Assembly (NCBI RefSeq): GCF_009914755.1
Contig: NC_060935.1
Reading direction: 5' to 3' (one strand)
Length of the DNA: 64,000 bases
Origin: the human T2T-CHM13v2.0 reference genome, Homo sapiens
In this document: positions 58,119 to 64,000 of the stretch, in pieces
Numbering within the stretch: the stretch's first letter is position 1
Layout: each line of letters opens with the position of its first letter
Program-made: the position numbers and the translations under genes
Notes under the pieces: generated by a model
Seen by the model: only the letters and a program-made list of their open reading frames with translations
Told to the model about the DNA's origin: nothing
Database searches by the model: none

Positions 58119-58211
58119 CTAGTCTAAACCTCACATTTAATCGAAGACTAAATCATAGGCCAGAGAGATTAAGTGTTCAGTCCATTGTGACCCAGAAACG
58201 GTATAGGATTG

Positions 58212-58589
58212 TGTGTTAATCCATTCTCACCCTGCTAATAAAGACATACCCAAGACTGGGTAATTTATAAAGGAAAAAGGTGTGATTGACTCAGTTCTGC
58301 AGGCTTAGGGAGACCTCAGGAAACTTACGGTTGTGCCAGAAGGGGAAGCAAATGCATCCTTCTTCACATGGCAGCAGCAAGAAGTGCAGAGTGAAGTGGG
58401 GGAGAAGTCGCTTATAAAACCATCAGATCTCCTCGTGAGAATTCACTTGCAATCACAAAAACAGCAGCATGGGGGTAACTGCCCCCCTGATCCGATTACC
58501 TCCCACCAGATCCCTCCCATAACATGTGGGGATTATGTGAACTACAATTCAAGGTGAGATTTGGGTGAGGACCCAGTCAAACCATGTCA
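58212..58589 (-). mobile_element. THE1 (THE1C-like) MaLR solo LTR
   Basis: 'aaagacatacccaagactgggtaatttataaagg...cttataaaaccatcagatctc...aaccatgtca'; TSD gattg/tattg. Confidence 0.9.
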
Positions 58590-59600
58590 TATTGGAACCC
58601 AACTTTGACATAATTCAGCGTCAAGTTCCTCATTTCTTACTCACTTCATAATAGAGAAAGTCATTACACATGAAAAATATACTCTTTTTCCATTTAATGA
58701 CACTGTCAGACTCCCACTTCCCACCCTGGTTCAGGACTCGGGGCTTTCTTTCCCTTCCTGTTTTCATGCCACGTCCCCCACATTGTTCTTGCAGAAAGGG
58801 ATACTCTTCCTTTCACCACTGAGCTTCTCTGTTCAGTTTGGATCTCACGGCACAGAAAAAAATAAAAATTTGAGAACAAATGTCTGGGCAGAACTGTTAG
58901 GTATTATTTATCTGTGCCTAGGTGTCTCACTAGATTCTATGTCTAAATGAGGGGGAAAATTGCTCTATAAATAACAGCAATAATCACTCCATGGCTTTCC
59001 CGTGCAGGAGAGCTCACAGACTGAGGGCTGCAGACAAATGATCTGCCATTCTCTAGACCCCCTTCCTGCCCTCAAAGCCCCCTGCACCATGAGCCACCTA
59101 CTACATGCTCATGCCTTTTTTATCATTAGCTCGTATTCTGTGTAATGTGATGTGACAGGTGGACTTTTCTGGGGATAAAAGTTTTCAGATAAGATGGATG
59201 GGCTGGAGCCACGGGCCAGACATACACTATTGGAAAACATAGCTCCTGGCCTAGGTATATAATACTTCCTTCCCCAATGTACCCACAGTTAAAGAACAAT
59301 GTATAAGAGCTATCTCTGGAGTGATACCTAGATCTACATTGTTATTTACATCCATGAAAAGTATGCATTTCAATAATGTATTTATTCTCAGGTATTGTCA
59401 TATTAGATGCAAAATGATGTCTCTGGCTGACATGTTGTGAGTAACACAGCCTTTCTTCTCTGCTCTTTATGTGATCCTGGCTCTCATAAGCTTGTTTATG
59501 TCTCACAGTTACCCTATGAGATGGGCAGGGATGATATGACATGCCCTTTTTGTAGGCAAGTAAATCGAGGCACAGATCAGCTATTAGAAATTTGAAGAGG

Positions 59601-59890
59601 AGCACTTTGGGAGGCCGAGGTGGGTGGATCGCTTGAGATCAGGAGCTCGACCTGATCAGGCCAACACGGTGAAACCCCGTCTCTACTAAAAATACAAAAA
59701 TTAGCCAGACATCGTGGTGTATGCCTGTAATCCCAGCTACTCAGGAGGCCGAGGTGGGAGAATCACTTGAACCAGGGAGGCGGAGGATGCAGTGAGCCAA
59801 GAATTGTTCCGCGGCACTCCAGTCTGGGTGAAAGAGTAAGACACCGTCAAAAAAAAAAAAAAAAAAAAAAAAAAAGAAAGGAAGAAATTT
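59601..59890 (+). mobile_element. 5'-truncated Alu (AluS-like) with poly(A) tail
   Basis: Starts 'agcactttgggaggccgagg'; perfect 12-bp TSD aatttgaagagg (59589-59600 / 59891-59902). Confidence 0.95.
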
Positions 59891-60631
59891 AATTTGAAGA
59901 GGTTGGACGTGAAACTTTATCATTTGTCTCTAAGTCCTGGACTGTCTTCTCAGTATGACTTGTGAGCTAGGGAAGTCTGGCCCTGCTCTCTTAGCCTTGT
60001 TCCTGAATGAGCTCCCTGATTGGTGACGTGGAAACAACATGTGGTGGAGTCAAGCTCAAAGGAGCCATACATGCCCAAGATGCCCGCTTTCAGTGAGGAG
60101 CCCACTGCCATCCCTGTAGTCCATAGCTGAACAGACAACCTTTTCTCAATCTATCTCCTCACCTGAGCTAACTTTAGTTAGGGGAAAATTTTATATAACC
60201 ACATTGCTGATATATTCTATTTTTTGCGTAATAAATCTCTATGCCTTAGTCAACAAAAGATGTGTACAAGTAGTAAAATGCATAATTTCTCCCTAAGTAA
60301 AAATAGCTTTAATGTGTTAGTTTTCCTGATTATAAACGCAACATGTTTATTGTAAACAATTCAGACAACAGAGACACATATTGAGAGGATACAAACATAA
60401 CCTTATTTCCCACTCCTGAAAGGCATTCAGCGTTGAGGTCTTGGTGGGCACTCTCTGGGCACAGCCCTCATCCAGCCTGCCCGCATGCCCTGCAGGAGAC
60501 AGCACTGGCCTCTCTAGCTCTGCTTTTCTGAGCTGGCTGCTTCAGGGGCAACCATAAACACTAGCAAATTTGATCAGTTCTGAGGGGTGGCAATGGGAAA
60601 AGAAGAAAATCCTGCCTGATGTGGTTCTAAG

Positions 60632-60972
60632 CCATCAGTTCTTGACTTTTAGGAGGTCATAGATCTCTTTGAGACTTTGGTGAAAGACATGGATACTTTT
60701 CAGAGAAAAAAGCATCGACCTATATTCATAGAATATTTTACATACAATCTTAAGAAACATATGGACTCCCAAACGCCCATCTATAGTTCCCTTGAATATA
60801 TACATAATAATAATATATAAATAATAATAATATATAGATAATAATATATTGATGGAATATAACATAGATAATATACAGATAATAATATATATAGATAATA
60901 ATATGTAGACAGATAATAATAATATATAGATAATAATGTAACCTTGAAGCCTTCAAGTTGAAAAGACTCCTG
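60632..60972. mobile_element. MER117-like hAT element containing an AT-rich minisatellite
   Basis: 'ggtcatagatctctttgagactttggtgaaagacatgga...ttttacatacaatc'; AT tract at 60796-60940. Confidence 0.6.
60796..60940. repeat. AT-rich degenerate minisatellite (unit about ATATAGATAATAAT)
   Basis: Read directly. Confidence 0.85.
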
Positions 60973-60999
60973 TTGTAAAAGAAAATACAAATGTTCATA

Positions 61000-61207
61000 A
61001 CACATGTCATAATCTGTATTTATATATTTATTTATTTACTTATTTAATATTTCTCTCCCCTACTAGATTGTAAGTTTCACAATAGCAGGTACACTTTATG
61101 TTGTTCAAAGATGAACACCCAGCGCCCTGTAGGGAATCTGTGTCTCTGTTATCAGTAAAATGAATTAACAGATAAGTGAATGAATGAATGAATGAATGAA
61201 TGAATGA
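61000..61207 (+). mobile_element. L2 3' end with an expanded (GAAT)n tail
   Basis: 'tctctcccctactagattgtaagtttc...gaatgaatgaatgaatg'. Confidence 0.75.
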
Positions 61208-62094
61208 GTACTTATTGGTGTTCCTTCTGCCACCAGAAGCTACTTAGGTTTTTTGTAAATAGGTGGACTGGCTAGGGAGGTTTAGGGAGAGAGGTGTTTC
61301 AATTTACCTTTTCTATACAGATGTAAAAAGAATGGCAGGGTGCGAGACCCTACCTTTAGGGGAGAGATGGCATTGATTGTTTGAAGGATGGTAGTGGCCC
61401 AGGTTTTTGAAAACTATGCCCAATGGTCTATCACAGGAAAGTCTTTTCATCTACTTAGGAGAAGTTGCCTTCCCCTGACCCAGGACAGGAAGGCATAACC
61501 CAGAATTTCCCATTGTTTTTCCAGGCCCTTGTTCCCATTATATTATTCTAAGTGCTCACTTTTCTCTGAATTCAAGGTCGCAGCTCTCTCTCCCTCGTAC
61601 TCAGTACCTAGAAGGTCATAGCATATTGTTCACACTCGCTAAATTCCTTACCAGTTACATTTCAATAAGAAACAATGTTCTTTGCTCCAAATAACTGGTG
61701 CTGCTCATTGCCAGGTTTGCATCTGAAGAGCTGCTTGGGCTGCATTCCGGTGGGCTCTTTCTCAAGAGAGCCTATGGTTCAGGTTTGAATACATAGTGCA
61801 GCAGGGCCTCAGAGAATGGGAGAGGAGCACCTCATTCTCCTGAGATATTAAGCAATGCACACAGCCAGGGCATCATCCCTTAGCCTTTGCTGCATGTCAT
61901 TATCTTGTTCAGTGTACTCAGCACTAATTGCACAATGAACACAAATGTGCTTGGTGAGCTGCGCAGTGTAAAGCAATAAACTGGATGGGAAGATTAGATC
62001 ATGGCCACACCATTGGGGTAAGAGGTGCAGGCAGGCAGAGGGGGTGTGGAAGGAGCAGGGACCAGTGGGTGGAGTGACACTGAGTCTCCCCACT

Positions 62095-62495
62095 GGGAGG
62101 CAAGCATTGCTCTTCAAGACCAGACCACAAGAATGGCAAGCATTGCTCTTCAACACCGGACCACAAGAATGGCAAGCATTGCTCTTCAACACCGGACCAC
62201 AAGAATGGCAAGCATTGCTCTTCAACACCGGACCACAAGAATGGCAAGCATTGCTCTTCAACACCGGACCACAAGAATGGCAAGCATTGCTCTTCAACAC
62301 CGGACCACAAGAATGGCAAGCATTGCTCTTCAACACCGGACCACAAGAATGGCAAGCATTGCTCTTCAACACCGGACCACAAGAATGGCAAGCATTGCTC
62401 TTCAACACCGGACCACAAGAATGGCAAGCATTGCTCTTCAACACCGGACCACAAGAATGGCAAGCATTGCTCTTCAACACCGGACCACAAGAATG
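62095..62495. repeat. 36-bp minisatellite/VNTR (GAATGGCAAGCATTGCTCTTCAACACCGGACCACAA): 10 identical copies plus one diverged 5' copy
   Basis: Perfect copies at 62131-62490, diverged copy at 62095-62130, trailing GAATG. Confidence 0.99.
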
Positions 62496-62619
62496 CTCTC
62501 GTCCCTTGCTTCTTCTTCCCCCTTGACCTCATTGGCCTCTGGGACCTCCTAGCTTTTAACCAGACTGTTAATGCCTAGTACCTAGCAGGCAATCAATAAA
62601 CACATGCTGATTGCAACTA

Positions 62620-64000
62620 GAGAATAATTTAATTCAATTATTCAGAAATTTATTGAATTTCTCTCTTCCAGATATTGTACTAGGTGCTAGAGATGAGATG
62701 ATTTTCCTCTCTAGTTCTAGTCCAGAGAGAAAATTCACCCATAAACAATTTTTAAAAAGTACAATGTCTTAAGAGCTAGAATAGACCTAGACTATTGTTC
62801 TATAAAAGTACACAGAAAGAAGTAACTCTTTTGGTTTACAACATCAGGAGAGCATATAAGAAGTGACCCGTGAGGATGTATTTACACAAGCCACATCTAT
62901 TGACCATCTATGATGTGCCAGGTGTCATGTAAAGCATTAGGGAAAAAAAAGATGCAGAATCATTTTTGTTCTAAAGGGACTTACAGTTTAGTGGGAGAGA
63001 CAGACAAATGATAAGGCATTCAAGTCTAAGCACTTGTGGTGGATTGTAATGGTGTTTACAAACATTGGTTTCATCCTCTGTAGGAGTGCACATGCCCATT
63101 CTTGCCTTGCCTCCCTGAGAGAGGAGTGTGTTTTTCTGCCTCATTGATGTTGGGCTTGGCCATGTAGCTTTCTGTGGCCAGTTGAATGTGAGTATATGCA
63201 ACCTACCCATGTCCTATCAGAAGCTTTAAATTCTATGGCATTGTTCAACTCAGCCTCTTATGTTCCTGTATCATCTGCCATGAGAAAGGCATGTCTCAGA
63301 AGGGGGCTTCCCTTTAGGCTTGAGTCCTAGGAAAGGGGATACATGGAGAAGACCTGAACTTGACCCACAGCCTGAAGCAGAGATTCATCAGCCAGCCTAA
63401 TCTGCAAACATGCAACAAGGGTAACAAATGATATATATTCTTGTTTTCCCATAAACTGCTGGGACTTCGGGGTTGTTTGTTATGTAGTATATCCTAGTTA
63501 AATCTGCCCTAGTACTGTGGTATAATAGAAGTAAGCAGAGAATACGATGAGGAAACATTCAATAAGTTCAAAAGCAAGCCTTGAGCAATGGTCAGCAAAA
63601 ACTGCTTTGAAGAAGAGATGCATGTAAATTAAGTCCTGAGTAAAGAGAAGTTGGAAGGAGAGGAAAGATGATCAAAGAAGTGGGACACTCATACAGAGGC
63701 TCAAATATAATAGCTAGCATGATATATTCAAGACCATCTGGAAAATGAAGATTGATTATGAGCTTATGTATGTACAAGGGAGAGTGTGGAGGACAAGCTG
63801 GGGAACAGACTAGTGGGAGATAAGACTGGAGAGGTAAGAAAAACCATCTTATGAAAGACTTCTGGTACTATGCCAGCAGTTTGGACTTTATATTTTCAAC
63901 TATATTCATGGAAGCGATTTAGAAGAGGGGGTAGGGGAAGTAACTTGGCATTTGAAAGTGATCATTCTGGCTGCATTTGGAGGATTGGATAAGAAGAGAT
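62620..64000 (-). mobile_element. L2 fragments split by an MLT1 LTR
   Basis: 'attcagaaatttattgaat...tgtactaggtgctagaga', 'tgatgtgccaggtgtcatg', 'tttgaaagtgatcattctggctgc'. Confidence 0.7.
63035..63515 (+). mobile_element. MaLR LTR (MLT1I/J-like)
   Basis: 'cattgatgttgggcttggccatgtagctt...ctgccatgagaaaggcatgtc...ggggttgtttgttatgtag'. Confidence 0.7.

Noticed and set aside
60635-61010. Tyr/Ile-rich hydrophobic ORFs
   Set aside because: Translations of the AT-rich minisatellite.
62095-62495. CRISPR array (36-bp repeat with an internal hairpin)
   Set aside because: Units are directly head-to-tail with no unique spacers, there are no cas genes, and the context is primate DNA; it is a minisatellite.

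Overview
This window is primate (human-like) non-coding genomic DNA, either intronic or intergenic. I find no credible host protein-coding exon, RNA gene or CRISPR array. Roughly half of it is interspersed repeats: seven Alu-derived elements, a near full-length disabled L1PA-type LINE-1 (about 32.9-38.6 kb), an old antisense L1M, many L2/MIR remnants, MaLR/ERVL/ERV1 solo LTRs (several with target-site duplications, TSDs) and hAT-type MER elements. Almost all ORFs in the supplied track are chance or repeat-derived. The most interesting signals are four. (1) A frameshifted fossil of a Penelope-like retroelement reverse transcriptase at about 19.5-19.75 kb, and a readable CR1-clade ORF2 fossil at about 10.7-11.04 kb; both belong to very old element classes whose survival suggests exaptation. 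(2) A perfectly homogeneous 36-bp VNTR at about 62.1-62.5 kb with RUNX- and TEAD-like motifs and a CpG in every unit. (3) A 29-bp triplication that creates three tandem TCF/LEF sites. (4) Several fold-back/template-switch scars, including a mosaic of overlapping palindromes just 3' of the L1 poly(A) tail and a perfect 19-bp hairpin replacing part of an Alu. Repeat subfamily names come from recalled consensus sequences, not a database search, and boundaries of old repeats are approximate.
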